DNA of 63,614 bases, filler included, from 10 parts of 10 records of this genome joined end to end with filler, not necessarily neighbours in it; one strand, 5' to 3'. Positions 1 through 12,709 are shown, counted from the whole stretch's first letter. Translations and numbers: made by a program. Notes: generated by a model not told the origin, from the letters alone.

Positions 1-126
1 TGCTGCCCCCGCCGCACTCCTTGCACTGGGCTCCGCTGACGGCCTTCTTCAATCCCGGCGTGCAGTCGCCCGATTCACCACGCAGATCTGCAACGGACTT
101 TTGCAGCGGGCACTGCGCAGGTACAT
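1..126 (-). CDS. 5' part of a Cys-rich protein (possible CKECGG-type Zn-binding repeat), truncated by the window edge
   Basis: The minus-strand ATG at 126 reads MYLRSARCKSPLQ. A downstream frame reads SGAQCKECGGGS and would need an intron to join. Confidence 0.3.
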
Positions 127-202
127 TCTGCAGGTGTGCCCCGGCAGCGGCAGAGCGACGAGCGAGCGGGGGCAGGGAGTGCAGAAGTAAAGAGCAAGTC
201 AG

Positions 203-1353
203 ATGTCCTCGCTTGCAGCCGCGCGGGCGGACAACTTCTACCACCCGCCGGAATGGGATCCGCAAAAGATCAGCCGAGACAGGTACCAGGGCTCCAGAGG
301 CTCCAACCAGTGCGTGCTTCCCGGTGGCACACTTGTGAGGCGGGGGCAGGTACGAGCAGAAGGGCATCATCAGGCGCCCCGCTGCATCGGCCTGCCCGAG
401 CCCGCCCCAGGTTCGAGATGCCCTTCAACGTGCGCTGCCTCGGCTGCCAGGCCATGATCGGCAAAGGCGCCCCCTCCGCGCGGGGGCAGGGGCCAGCCGG
501 GGGGCAGGGGTGCGGTTTAACGCCAAAAAGGACCACGTGGGCAACTACTTTTCGACTAAGATATGGAAGTTTTCTATGCGCTGCCACCAGTGCAGTCACC
601 CGATAGAAGTCTCCACGGACCCAAAGGTCCGCTCCCCCGCCTGGCCAGCGGCTCACCCCGGCGCAGAACACAGATTACGCCCTCACCAGTGGGCTGGCCC
701 GAAAGGAGGAGACCTACGAGGCCGAAGACGCGGAGACTCTAGAGCTCATGTCAGCAGACGAGCGTGCGAAGATTGCACGGGACCCTTTCGCCAACCTGGA
801 GCACAAGGGCAAGATGGAGACCAAGGCCGCAGCGGATCGGCCTGTGATTGCTCGGCTGCACGAGGTTTCGTCCGGGCGGTGGGAGCGGGACTATGAGGCC
901 AACCGCGGGCTTCGGCGGCGATTCCGGGTATACCAGCCAGCCCGGGGGGGGGAGAGTCGTGTGGCAGGGTGAGAAGAAGGAGATTCAGGCGCACAAGGAG
1001 CAGGTGGAGAGAGATGTGGCGCGGGCGGGGGTGCCGTTGTTGCCATTGTCGGTGGAAGATAGGCTCGCGGCCACCCAAATAGAGTTCGTTGGGATGAAAG
1101 CCAAAGTACAGCGCCAACGGAAGAGAGAGAGCCTTCTGTCCGAGTCGATATTCGGCTCAGCTCGTCCGCAGAAGGCGATTGGCGGGGCGCATCTTCAACG
1201 GTGTGGGTGGGCTGGCCAGGGTGTGATCGGGTGGGCTGCAGAGCCAAGGCGGCTGTGACGCATAGGGTTACCCCGAGTGCAATAACAAAAAGGAATCCGA
1301 GATTAATTGTGCAGAGGAGACCGCCTTCGGCCGGCAGCCGAGGTGCTAGCTAA
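203..1353 (+). CDS. YJU2B: Splicing factor YJU2B/CCDC130 (Saf4/Yju2 family)
   Basis: Spliced translation: [20 protein letters not shown]...[30 protein letters not shown]...[16 protein letters not shown]...TDPKNTDY. Introns at 310-349, 374-410 (GC-AG), 467-507 (GC-AG), 627-666, 928-967 and probably 1201-1241. Confidence 0.9.
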
Positions 1354-1741
1354 GCAAGTGCGCACATGCATCAACTGGTCAATGGATGACTTTCTTGTGC
1401 TTGTGCTGTTGGCTTCAAAGACGTCAAAAGACTCACAATATTAGTGTGTTCAAAGTCGAAGTCCCGAAGTCCACAGATTGATCTAAGATTGATCAAGATT
1501 GACGTCATTGAAATCTGATTTTGTGTGTATTGTGATATTCAAGTACCTCCTAGAAGTACCTCCTAAGAAGCTAGTAAACCTATTAATGAACTATTCTGTG
1601 CTTGATGATCATGATGAGACCTGTAGCTAAAGACAGCGCTAGACAGGGTGAGCGCAGGCTCGCTCCAATGATGATTCGGATGTCGGAGACAAGATTTCGC
1701 AATCATGATGCGGTGCGTAGTGGGTGATCAATATGATAGCT

Positions 1742-3812
1742 CTATAGCTCGCCGAAAGATCCGTTGGCCCACTCAAACGCCTTGAGGAATCTCGCCTCGA
1801 GATCCTGACGCCCGCTCAGCCGTCACCCTTGCCCGTGGCACTCACCTCGGCCGACGCGCAATCGGGCACTCGCAGCGTCCAGAAGCAGGTGCTCGCCACC
1901 GGCAGGTTGGAGCACCGATCGCTCCGGGCGGCGCCCGGGCCGCACGCACTGCACGTGCACCGCTGCAGCCGTATCTTGTCGGCTGGCCCCACCAATCAGC
2001 CGCTCCGCAGCTGTTGCAGCGCACCCGGAGTCGCGTCTGGGTTGCGCATAGAGCCGTCGGGCTGCAGGTTGGCCACACCTGTCACGAATGCCAGGAACGA
2101 CTGCAGCTGCGGTTGCGCCCAGCCTGCCAGCATCAGGCCCACTGCCTCCTTTGGGTCTGTCCGTCCTCCCTCAAACTCGCCTGCTGCACCGTCAGCCCTG
2201 CGGGCGAGCCACGCCGCCTGGCTCCACATAGATCTGGCTCGAGATAGCGTGAGGGTCGATCTGTGTTGCGCCGCACACGGCATCCTGGAACTGCGCCAGT
2301 GGCAGTTGGACTAGGCAGTCCCGTAGCTCGGGCAGAGCGCCAAAACCTCGCCCGAGCGCCTCCATGGCCGCGGCTCGACAGCCTGCGCAATGGTCGGGCA
2401 GAGAGAGCCGGCGGGGCGCACCGACGATGTGGTGAGAGGCCATGGCGAGCGCGAATTGGTCGCGGTTGCCCAGAGTGACGTCCTTGTCTTCGTCTTCCGG
2501 AAAGCCGAGGCACATGAGCTCGATCTCCTCATTGGTTTCCATCATCAGCACAGCCTCGACCGAGCGAGCCATCACCGGGTCGAAGTCCGCTGCCGGCACA
2601 TCAGACAGTGCCTCGCCTGCGGCTGGGCACCGAGCAGTGAAAGCGTGATCGGGTCGCCCTTGATGAAGGCGAACAGACCAGCGGCCATCCCTCTGGGCAA
2701 AGGGACCTGATCCAACGCTCGCGGGCTGAGCAAGACGCGCAAGCACCTGGTCCAGCACTGCCTTGAGCATCACTTTGCCTATCGCTTCGTATTGGGCCAG
2801 CTGCTTCTTGGTGTACCGCTCCGACGCGATCGGAAGCAGCGTAGAGCCGCCTTGTCTGCTCTCAAAGAAGCCTTCGGTTGGATCAAAAATCGCCAGGAAA
2901 AGCTGAGTGAACATCTCGTTGGTGAGCCCGCCCGCATCGATCGCCTCCTCGCCCTCAAAGCATATGGCGAGCTGGCCTGCACACAGGTTCAGCGGCTGCA
3001 CGACGAGCTGATGTCACCGGACAGATCCCTCGCGCTTATCTTGATGAAAAGCTCCAGCACTGAGGTGACTGCCCCCCGCTAAGCACGCTGTCCCAAAGAC
3101 TGCCCCTACCGAGCTCCTGCCGCTGCAGTTTCTTCTTGCCATGTCGGGTCCGAGTCCTCACTCGGCCTCGGCCTCGGATCCCTTCGATGCAGCTCTGCAG
3201 GTTCGCCAAGCCAGCCTCCGCCGCAGCCCCCGCCTCGGGCGTTGGGTCGGCCGCCGACTGGGCACGCCACGAGTGAGTCCACCAGTCATGCGCGGCGGCA
3301 CCGGACTCGCGGATGATTCAGCCATCTGCTCCGAGGGCTCCGTCAGGCCCGAAGGCTCCAGCGCTCGCGCGGGGCAGACCGGCTCCGGCTCGGTGACGTC
3401 TCGCGTTTGGAGCATCCGGCGCCGGGCCTGTCCGCCGGGATCTCGCGGAACGGCCGGGCCTGTCACCTTGGTCCGGCCAGTGACGAACGGAGTGTGAGAG
3501 GCCCCGCTGAACAGATTGTCACAGGACTCGTGCTCGGGCTCCTCGGATAGGTCGCCAATGAACGGGTTGGGCAGCCACTTGGAGGCCTCGCCCAGCGTGT
3601 GCCGGAGCGAGCCCCACCAGGACTTGTTGCCGGAGCCCGGGGTGTGGCGGCCGGCCGGGAAGCTCTGGCGGTGCGCTTTGATCAGCTCGGCCGGGGACGA
3701 GCCGCCTGACCCAGGGCTGGGGGGCGGCGCGGGGCGGGGGGGCACTAGGCGTGGCGTTGACGTTGAGAGGCCCCAGCGGCCGCCGCAATGGGACGAACGG
3801 AGATTCAGCCAT
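1742..3812 (-). CDS. HECT-domain E3 ubiquitin ligase
   Basis: FEGEEAIDAGGLTNEMF, FLAFVTG and the catalytic LPVASTCFWTLRVP, ending ANGSFGEL*. Several ~40-nt introns. Confidence 0.9.
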
Positions 3813-4187
3813 TCTTGCGCTCAAAACAAACTGAAACGCCAAAGCCGTTGATGAGTCCGCTGAAACAGAATCACGGCAGACGGAATCGTACGGTCTGTGC
3901 CAGGTCTATGCCGGTCTATGCGTGTTTGTACTCGTGTGTACAAGACAACCGTTGTAGATCATTCGGTTCACCCTCGCTCACTCAGTTCCTTTCATCGCAT
4001 GATTCGCATCGACTTAAACTTTTATATCGTTTTTATATTATGTTACTTGTACAACCATTCTACAACGTGGATGAACCCTCGCTAATGGACAGAAATGTGG
4101 ACTGATCATAACCGTTATCTGACAGTAACCGGCCACGCATAGTCCGCCACCGCCCGAGAACCGTCCAGTCAATCACCGGCCCCCACT

Positions 4188-7100
4188 TCAGTTCATGAAC
4201 GAGAGCGTAGGGTCCTCTAGCTCTGGCTCCCCGAGCTCGCTCGTGGGGTCTGCGCCTTCTTGCACAGGCACGGCCGCCGAGTCCACCCCCATGTCCATCC
4301 CCATGGTGGGCGCCGTGCCGCCGCTCAGGAAAGTATCCGTCTCGTCGATCGAGCCAGCGATCTCCACAGCGGGGGCCTCCGCCTGAGCCGCACCAGTCAG
4401 CATGCTGGCAAACCCTCGCTGCACCTGCGTGGCGACAGCCGGGTTTGGCTCGAGCTGCGCAGGGTCGGCGGCCGGCACAGGCTGGGCCGCATCTATATTC
4501 ATCGGCGCTGCGGCCTCGGCTGGTGGCACACCCTGGCCGCTCAGTGTGGGGAGTGATTCTGCGATCATCAAGGCTCAATCGGGCGAGCTCGCAGGGTCTC
4601 ACCGGGCGCTGCAGCTGTCTCCTGCGGGGCTGGCGTGGGCAGTGCCCCGGCCGCTGGCGGCATAGCTGTGGCTGGTTGGTTGAGGTCGGGTGCCACAGCA
4701 GCCGAGGCCGGGCCCGCAGCTGCAGCAGGGGGTACCGCTGGCAGTGCTGAGGCTGGCTTGTCTGCGCTAGGCTTGCACAGTGTCATAGTCAACTGCCCAG
4801 CAGCGTCAGTCACGCCGGGCACTGCAGGACTACCTTGCGCTCTGGCGTGACGGCGGCTTCGTAGCAGTCGATGCCGAGCAGCGAGGGCATCATTTCCTTG
4901 TATTGCTCCGGGGTGAGAGAGGAGACGGACCAGTTGTTAGGCTGCCCGTTGCATGAGTCCCAGATGTTGCAAACGCGCTGCCACTGCGGCGACTTTACTA
5001 GCTTGAGAGCGTGCGTGAGCAGCGAGTTGACCACCTTGGGCAGCAGGCTGTACATATAAAACTTGTCACCAAACGTCTCTCTGCACGCTTTCTCTAGATC
5101 TAGTGGCGTGGCCTTGAGCTCCAGCGCAGCCACCAACGCCGATGAAAACTCCTCCATGGCCTTGTCTGCCCGACCCGGGTTTCGCTCCTTGGCGAGCTGG
5201 CGCGCCTCGAATAACGTCTCGTGAAGCCAGTGGTATATCCTCACTATCCCAACGGCCAGGCCCGGCACGAAGATCAGCCCCTCGCTCTGGGGCGTCCCAA
5301 GGAACCGCCGGATCCAGCCTTGATCAAACAATGCCCACTGCGGCTTGAGAGGGTCGTCCACTCCCGCGTCCAACACTCGCTGCAGCAGCGGATCCTCAAA
5401 AGGCGCCGAGAATTCCACCGCCAGCCCGGGAGGCCCTGCACTGATCACACCGGTCACCAGCGCCACGAGGTCCAGCTCCTTCAGCTGGCGGGTCTGCTCC
5501 TGGTACGGCTTCACATCGAGCGCCGGTTCGGCGTACTTTTCGTACACCGCCGCAAACTCCGGCTGCAGGCTGTCTCGGAGGCCTTTCCACATCTTTTCCT
5601 TTTGAGCTATCCGAGCCATCACCAGCGGCACAGCAGCACCGGGCGAATCGTACAGCTGGTCGATCAATTTAGCGGCCTTGGGCCCGTAAATCACCTCCAG
5701 CACCGCCACCACAGACTCCAGCCGCACAAGCTCGAGCTCGAGGCAGCTGTGATGCTCCGGCTCGATCACCGCGAGCTGCTCCGCCAACAGTCCAAGTGTC
5801 TCGAGCGCTTTGCCCGCCTTGCACACGAGCAGATCCAACTGATACTGCTGGTCCTCCACATCCCAGAGCGCGTCCTCCGCAGGATTAGACCAATTGGACC
5901 GCCCGACCATCCCAGTGTCCTTCCGCACGAACGCGCACTCGCACCGCCGCTGCCGGAGCATGAGCAGTCGGTTGAGGATTACCCCTGACTTCTCGTCACC
6001 TACCAGCGGGAGCACAGTAGCCGCCACTTTGCCGTCGGCGTCTGTGAGAGGTGTGTAGCTCGGCCCAATGTCGCCCAGGGTCGGGGCGCTTCCAGCCTTG
6101 GACGAGGAGACCGGGTCTCCGTCGAGCATGCTGGCGGTGCCGCAGAAGGCCGTGAGGAACTGGCTGAGTGATTCGTGCAGCTCTGGCGTCTTCACAGTGA
6201 GCTGACGGAGGCACTCCATCATCTCGGTCGGGGTTAGGATCTGGTGGCTGTACAGGTTGAACACCTTGAGTAAATCCTCCCACTGCCGTCGGTTCATATG
6301 CTCGCGCAGTGCATGCAGAAGCTCGATTTCGTCTTTAAATTGAGACGCGTCCAAGCCCTCCTGCGAGCCCGCAGTCAATACCCGGATCGTCCCCGGGCGA
6401 GCTCACCCTGCGCTGCCTCTTGGCCGGTTTGCCAGAGTCCTTGGACCCCCCAGCAGTGCCCATCAGGACAGCGTTCGCCTCCTGCGCCTGGGCCTCCGGA
6501 GCTGGCAGGAACTGAGCAAACTCAGCCAGCAGATCCCTGTGGTCGGCGAATAGCTCCCGCACTTCCTCATACACGGTCTTGACTGATTTGCACTCCTCCT
6601 GGTAGCTCTGAAGGATGTTCAGAAACCGATTGTACACCTGCCGCCGCTCGCTGGCCAGCCTCGCGATCGAGCCACCTCCTCAGAATTCTCAAACCGCTTC
6701 TTGATCTTTTGCACACACCTGCGCCGGCTCAGTCGCTGCGGCGGGCCGCGGCCGACCGCTTGGCGTACTCAAGCTCCGGCCCTTTGGTGCCCAGTCCACC
6801 TCCCCCACTACGGTTCGCAAGTCCACTGCCCATTGCCTGCGGCGACACAGTCAGCGCAGCTGCCTCGGGCGGCCGGGCCGGCGACTGCGGCCGACGGGAA
6901 GGCTACGGCGGCTCGGCGCGCACCTTCTGGGGCTTGCGGTGCGCTGTGGCCATGCCGCTGACGCCCATCGGCCTGCGTGCCGCCTGCTGCATCTTGGCGT
7001 GGTGCGCGGCGACTTGCGCGTCGGCATAGCTCTCGGGGATTTTGTATCTGCGGCCCGACTCGGCCGGTGGCCCGGGCCTAATGGGGCACCCGTCGGGCAG

Positions 7101-7281
7101 AAAGGTGTTGAAGCCGAGGATCAGCGCCCGGTCGCCTTTGAACAGCTGCGACACACGGTCGATCACCCCTTCGGTTTTGATCCTGCCGCCGGGCGAGTCA
7201 GCCGGGCTCGGGGGGCGGGCAGCGGCGGGCATGTCGGGCGGCAGGCGCACCGGCGCGACTGGAAGTCCTTCATAATGTCGA
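4188..7281 (-). CDS. SIN3: SIN3 transcriptional corepressor, 5'-truncated at the contig end
   Basis: PAH repeats ([37 protein letters not shown]...[10 protein letters not shown]) and a HID-like region ([24 protein letters not shown]...VIYG...[16 protein letters not shown]). Confidence 0.9.
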
Positions 7282-7381
7282 NNNNNNNNNNNNNNNNNNN
7301 NNNNNNNNNNNNNNNNNNNNNNNNNTTAATTAATTAANNNNNNNNNNNNNNNNNNNNNNNNNNNNNNNNNNNNNNNNNNNN
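7282..7381. other. Artificial contig linker (N44-TTAATTAATTAA-N44). Identical linkers at 13544-13643, 23027-23126, 31004-31103, 34796-34895, 40071-40170, 50172-50271, 54105-54204 and 60207-60306
   Basis: Identical 100-nt spacers with stops in all six frames; flanking genes are cut abruptly at them. Confidence 0.98.
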
Positions 7382-7382
7382 G

Positions 7383-7618
7383 GGCGAGTTCCGGCCCAAG
7401 AGCGTGCCGGTGTACTGCATCTGTGAGGAGCCTTACAACCCGGACCTGACCATGATCGAATGCGAATCGTGCTCGGAGTGGTGAGCTGCATCGCTAAAGC
7501 TGAGTCGGCAATGGGGGGCAGGTACCACTTAGCGTGCGTAGGACTCAAGCCTGAGGATGTGGATGATATTGTGCGGTTTTGCTGTAGCACGTGCAGCTAT
7601 AAACGGCAGAAGACGTGA
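7383..7618 (+). CDS. C-terminal PHD finger of a BAH-PHD (EBS/SHL-like) histone reader, partial
   Basis: GEFRPKSVPVYCICEEPYNPDLTMIECESCSEW|YHLACVGL...FCCSTC, with one GT-AG intron. Not in the ORF track. Confidence 0.8.
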
Positions 7619-7824
7619 CTTGTGGAAGCAGGTCTGATTGACAGGGTAGTGTCGCCCTCAGATTTGGCCGTCCATCAAACATCTCTCAACAAATAGCTCA
7701 TAGTATTGAACCGCTCTCGTACGTACATGTACAATCACGTATCCAGTATAGTAAATTAATGAAACGAATATTCATTCTTGTGGATCTATGCTAGACGCAT
7801 ATTTAGACGTTGGCGGCAAATTGA

Positions 7825-8850
7825 TCAGTCGTGGATGGGAGTTGCTGAGAAAACACTGCCTGTTGTACAGGGCGGCTCAAAAATCCTCCTGGGCCCTCCA
7901 TTTGCGACCGTCTCCTTGCTTGCAATCCACTTGGGGGTGCTCTTGTGAAGCTCGAGCCACTCGGCCACCATCTCGCTCTTGCCCAGCTCCCGGGCGAGTT
8001 GGGCGGCTGTCATTCCACTGTTGGTTGTCGCATCCAGCTCGGTGCCTTGCATCACCAACCACTGCAGGCTCTCAGTGAGCTTGTTAACGCTGGCCGCCTG
8101 CTGCGCTGCGAAGTGGATCGCCCGGTACCCGCCGTTGTTCGCACTGTCCAAGCTCAGTCCAAGCTCGAACGCAAGCTTGAGCCCCTTGAAATTCCCCGAT
8201 CGCGCAGCATAGTGAAGCCCGGTGCTGCCCCCGCCGTCGCATGTCTCGATCGACAGCCCGTCCTTCTCCATCAGTTTGTGCACTGCCTCGATCTCACCCA
8301 GCGAGAAGCATTCCAAGAAATGCGCCTGCCGTCGCTGCTGCTCGGTGTCGGCCAGTGGCAGGCTCCCGCCGCCCGCGATCCGATCCTTCCACAAGTGGTG
8401 CCTGAGCAGCTTCTTGGGCACCTCAGTCGTCACCGCACATGACTCGGACTGCAGCGGCGGCACTCCGAACGCCGCACGGGGCGACAGCTCGCCGCCCTCG
8501 GTGGTGCGCATGGTGTAGCCAGACGGCGCGCGCGACGGCCCTGATTGCTTGCGGATGGCCTCACGGGCGCGGGCGGCCTCCTCCTGCACGAACTTGCCGA
8601 TGTCGATGTTCCCGGCCAGGGCCGCCTTGAGCAACTTGGATCCCTCGATCCGCGCCGAGTCGCGCACCTGGAGTTGCCGGCCGTAGCCGGTGCGCCCGAA
8701 GTCCTCCCGGTGCGAGATCGGGTTATGCTGCTCTGGCGATAGCACCGTGCCCGGGGACCGGTACGGCACGTCCCCCGAGAACGAACGGTAGTAGTGCCGC
8801 GCCTCGGGGGCCGCCGCGGCGTCCTCCTTTTGCAACCAAGCTGATGCCAT
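7825..8850 (-). CDS. Ankyrin-repeat protein
   Basis: Single ORF from MASAWLQ containing GSTGLHYAARSG, GYRAIHFAA and GMTAAQLA ankyrin motifs. Confidence 0.8.
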   Translation of the reverse strand: MASAWLQKEDAAAAPEARHYYRSFSGDVPYRSPGTVLSPEQHNPISHREDFGRTGYGRQLQVRDSARIEGSKLLKAALAGNIDIGKFVQEEAARAREAIRKQSGPSRAPSGYTMRTTEGGELSPRAAFGVPPLQSESCAVTTEVPKKLLRHHLWKDRIAGGGSLPLADTEQQRRQAHFLECFSLGEIEAVHKLMEKDGLSIETCDGGGSTGLHYAARSGNFKGLKLAFELGLSLDSANNGGYRAIHFAAQQAASVNKLTESLQWLVMQGTELDATTNSGMTAAQLARELGKSEMVAEWLELHKSTPKWIASKETVANGGPRRIFEPPCTTGSVFSATPIHD

Positions 8851-8921
8851 CGACCCAGCTGTGTGTAACGGCTTCAGCTCAAGAGAGTTCAGTGACCCGC
8901 CACGGGGTGACTCGGCACGGG

Positions 8922-10436
8922 ATGCCGCTGTGCTCCAAGTGCGGCGAGAGCCTGGCCAACCCTCTGGCCAAGCGCCGGCACGAGGCCTGCTGCGACGGGC
9001 TGCGCAAGCTGCCCAAGCAGCCGGCGGCAGCCACCTGCAACTGGGCCAAGCGCCAGCAGGCCCCAAAGCCACCCCCCAAGCCGGCCGCCCCTGCTATTAC
9101 GCCGGCACGGGCGCCAGCGGTGCCTGATTCGGTGATGGCCGCACTCAAAGCGCGCGACGACGCCAAGGCCAAGGAGCGAGCCGAGGCGGAGCGGAGGGCG
9201 GCGGCGGCGGCCAAGCAGCGGGCTAAACAGCAGAAGGCCGAAGCCAGGGCCGAGCTGAAACAACGGGAGGCGGCTGCGCTGCTGGAGGAGGCCCGAGCCG
9301 AGGCCAAGGCCAAGCAGGACGGAGTGCCGTATCGACGGCCGGTCCGCGCCGAGCCGGAGGAGCCGGAGGAGCCGGAGCTGGTGGCGCGGCTGGAGGATAG
9401 CGGGGGGGAACCGGTGGAGCGGCATGATTACTGCAGCGAGTTTGAGGCCAAGGAGAAGCTGGCGGCGGCCATGTTGGCAGCGGATGACCGTGCAGATGAG
9501 CGGGCAGCGCTAGAGCAGCCGGCAGCGCGCGCGGAGCGGGTCGAGCAGCCTGTGGTGGAGGCAGCGCCGGGCTGGGCGGAGGAGGCGATGGCCCTGCAGC
9601 TGGAGAAGCCGGTGGAGACGGCCGAGGAGCAGCAGCAGCGCGAGCTGAGGGAACAGATGGAGCAGGTGACCAGCCTGGAGACCAAGCCCGGGGCCGACTG
9701 GGCGGAGGACCCTGAGATGGACCTGCAAATGGTCGAGCTGCGCTCCAACGCCCAGCGCAAGATCAGCCAGCACCAGCTGGCGGAGGAGCATGTGCGGTAC
9801 GTGGACGGCGAGGGCGAGGTGGCGGCGCTTGAGCCAGCCAAGGAAAGCATGCGGACGCACGGCGCGAACAGCTACTACTGCTCTTCGATGCCTGTGGAGA
9901 TGGGCGCCGTGCCCCAGGAGTGCAAGGACGAGTGGGAGAAGGGGCTCGCACACGTGCCGATCAAGAACTATCAGTGGTATGACGGATCGACCTACGAGCT
10001 GGCGGCCAAGACAGTCAGGTAGCACAGCTCGGTGCAGGGCTCAGCTGCAGGCAGGGTGTTCATAGAGTTGCCGGATGTTGGTGAAGTCAGCAAGTCGCAG
10101 ATAGAAGTGGTAACGTGTGGCCGGCGCTGCTAGGGCTGACTGCGGCCAGAATCATGGCGAGCTGTGGCTGGAGCTGGTGGTGCGTGGCTACAAGGGAGCC
10201 AACCACCGGCTGATCCTCAAACCGCTGTTCAACAAGATCACGGTGCCTGCGCATGGCACCGGCGCGTGAGCGACAAGCAGGGATATACCCTGCGCAAGAA
10301 GCCGCACAAACTAGTGCTTGACCTAGTCAAGAAGCCAGGCGATCCGGACGTCGAGGCCCGCTGGGGCAATCGCTGGTGAGGCCCTCTGCTGCTTGCTGCC
10401 AATGAGATTTCTGTCAGGGATGGGATTGTACAATGA
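8922..10436 (+). CDS. Coiled-coil protein with an N-terminal Zn-finger-like motif and a C-terminal CS (p23/CacyBP-like) domain
   Basis: Starts MPLCSKC...RRHEAC, followed by an E/A/K-rich coil. Spliced C-terminus IKNYQWYD...VFIELP...LELVVRGYKGANHRLILKPLFNKI...KKPHKLVLDLVK. Confidence 0.65.
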
Positions 10437-10731
10437 GTCCGTGACTCGGTTGTTCTGGTGCGTAGATCTCTCAAAGACATGACACCGTTGACATGTCAGT
10501 TGCCGACAGTTGGCAAAATGCGAGTAAAAATCTTGTTTATAGTCAGAGAATTGTACAGCGCACTCGTGCAGCCTTTACGTGAATAGTTTTTATTAAGGTT
10601 GGCATTAGGTTTGCATATCCATGGTTTATATATTATACCAGTATAATACCAGTACATCTAGACTCTACACCGGCCGGCAGTAGTGTGGGACGGCAAATAA
10701 ATGGCGCGGGCAGTGGTGCTGCGTGGCTGAC

Positions 10732-11317
10732 TTAACTGTGTGGCTCAACTGCTATTGTCTTATCAAATGCGTCCGAATCCTGCTGGGCCATCTGCCCGGC
10801 CACCACCTTGGATAGCTCCTCCACCTTGTCCGCCAGCCTCTTGATCTCTTCGTCCTTGGCTGTGGACATAGCTTTAAACTCGGCATCCTGATCGCCGATC
10901 TGCTTTTTCTGCGTCGCCACCAGCTCCTCTAAGATCCGCTTCTGCGGGTCCTCCCCGCCGTACCCCGACTCGTTCCCGTTGTTGTCGCCCAGCTTCGCCG
11001 ACAGCCGCGACTCAAACTCTACCAGCTTCGCGTGCAGCCCCTCGATCTGCCCACCGCTGGCTGCCCAACCCCAGTGCCCAGCCACCTCAGCCTTCTGCGA
11101 ATCGTGCACTTTGAGCCGCTCATCCCGCTCCCGCTCGTACTGGGTCAGCGGTCAGCCCCTCCCGGCGGGCAGGCACCTTGGACAGCCGGTCAGCCCGCTC
11201 TCTGGTGAACCGGTTCAGCCGCTCCTCGCGCTCGCGGTCGTACGCCCGGACCCTCTCCTCGCGCTCCCGCTCGTACTGCACGATCTTGTCCTGCAGCACC
11301 GACGGTGAGGTCCCCAT
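10732..11317 (-). CDS. Coiled-coil hypothetical protein
   Basis: MGTSPSVLQDKIVQYERE... joined through two GT-AG introns to IEGLHAKLVEFESRL. Confidence 0.6.
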
Positions 11318-11355
11318 TCCAGCCGGTGACCAGAATAGGCTCTAACGGCAAGGTG

Positions 11356-12648
11356 ATGGGTAATGTGGTCGGGCTGGCCTGCGGGTTCTTCCTGCTGTTC
11401 TTCGCCTTCTTTGCGGCGCAGAACTACGTCACCTCGGCGCTCGGGTCGCCCACCGGGGACATATCGCTGGCGCTCATCTACGGGACCCTGGCCCTTGGCG
11501 CGCTGCTCTCCCCGGCCCTGCTCTCGCGCTGGTCCTCTGTCCCCGGCCTGCACGCCGAGCGCTGGGCGCTCACGCTGGGCGCAGGGCTGTACGCGCCCTT
11601 CCTGCTCGCCTGCGCCAGCCCGTGGCCGGCGGTGCAGCTGGTATGCTCGGTGATACTCGGGGCCGGGGCGGCGGTCCTCTGGGTGGCCCAGGGCTCGGTG
11701 CTCACCGCCGCGAGCCACAAGGACCACAGAGACAGGGACGCCGGCATCTTCTGGGCCGGGTACATGAGCGGCAACGCGTGTGGCAACCTGGCGGCCTATC
11801 TGATCTCGGCCACCCTCAACCAGCGGCTGCTCTTCGCGCTGCTCGCCGCTGTGGCGCTCTCCGGCAGCGCAGCGTGCTACCTGCTCATATCGCCTCTGGC
11901 CGAGCCGGGTGCCGAGCCGCCGATTGAACGGCTGGGCGTGTGCCAAGGGCTGGCTGACACGCTAGCGGCGCTGCGGGAGCGGCCGGTGTTGGTGCTGCTG
12001 CCTGCGCTCTGCCTGGTCGGATACGAGAACTCGTTCTGGGCTGGCGAGCTGACCCAGCTGCTCCCGGAGAAGAAGATTGGGCTGGTGCTCGCCGGGCTCG
12101 GGCTAGCTGAGGTGTGCGCCGGCGCGGCAGCCGGTGCGCTGAAGCGGCTGCTGGGGCTGCGCGGGTTGGTCGGGCTGTGCGGGTGCTCATTCGGTGTGGC
12201 GCTCTGGCTGTCGGCACGGCTCAAGCAGCAGGCGGCCGGCGGGCGGGTCGGGCTGTCGTGGGAGCCGTTTGTGGCAGCGGGGTGCTTTGGGCTGGGCGAC
12301 GGTTGGCTCAACACAGTGCTGATTGCTCGCCTGGGCCACCTGTCGGACGATCTCGGGCTATTCCACCGGCGGACGGCGTTTGTAGTGTTCCAGGCGGTCA
12401 ACACGGTGTTCAACGCTTTAGGGTTTGCGATCTCGCCGCTGCTGCCGATGCATGGGCCGCACGGGAGCCTGGCGCAAGTCTGGCTGGTCACGGGGCTGGC
12501 CGGAGTGGGGCTCGGACTGTTGATGATTCCCGAGCCGCTGACGGGGCAAGGGGACAGTGATGCCGCTGACGGGCGGCTAGAGCCCGTGCTTGGTAGCGAT
12601 AGTGCGGCCGCAAAACGACTACTTACGAAAGAAGCGGCGATCGATTGA
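11356..12648 (+). CDS. UNC-93-like MFS transporter
   Basis: Intronless, with roughly 12 hydrophobic segments and the motifs LFFAFFAAQN and ILGAGAAVLWVAQG. Confidence 0.85.
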   Translation: MGNVVGLACGFFLLFFAFFAAQNYVTSALGSPTGDISLALIYGTLALGALLSPALLSRWSSVPGLHAERWALTLGAGLYAPFLLACASPWPAVQLVCSVILGAGAAVLWVAQGSVLTAASHKDHRDRDAGIFWAGYMSGNACGNLAAYLISATLNQRLLFALLAAVALSGSAACYLLISPLAEPGAEPPIERLGVCQGLADTLAALRERPVLVLLPALCLVGYENSFWAGELTQLLPEKKIGLVLAGLGLAEVCAGAAAGALKRLLGLRGLVGLCGCSFGVALWLSARLKQQAAGGRVGLSWEPFVAAGCFGLGDGWLNTVLIARLGHLSDDLGLFHRRTAFVVFQAVNTVFNALGFAISPLLPMHGPHGSLAQVWLVTGLAGVGLGLLMIPEPLTGQGDSDAADGRLEPVLGSDSAAAKRLLTKEAAID

Positions 12649-12709
12649 AAACAAAATGCATTTCGTCATTTTATTTGTGTTCGGTATATAATCACTTTGA
12701 TTACTCGGA

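Noticed and set aside
1381-1740. C/D snoRNAs suggested by ATGATGA at 1611 and 1668, and short tandem repeats (AAGTACCTCCTA x2 at 1541-1565)
   Set aside because: No suitably placed CTGA D box or terminal stem; the repeats look like ordinary slippage.
7282-7381. Repeated TTAATTAATTAA within N runs as a biological repeat
   Set aside because: These are identical 100-nt assembly linkers. Adjacency across them carries no biological meaning.
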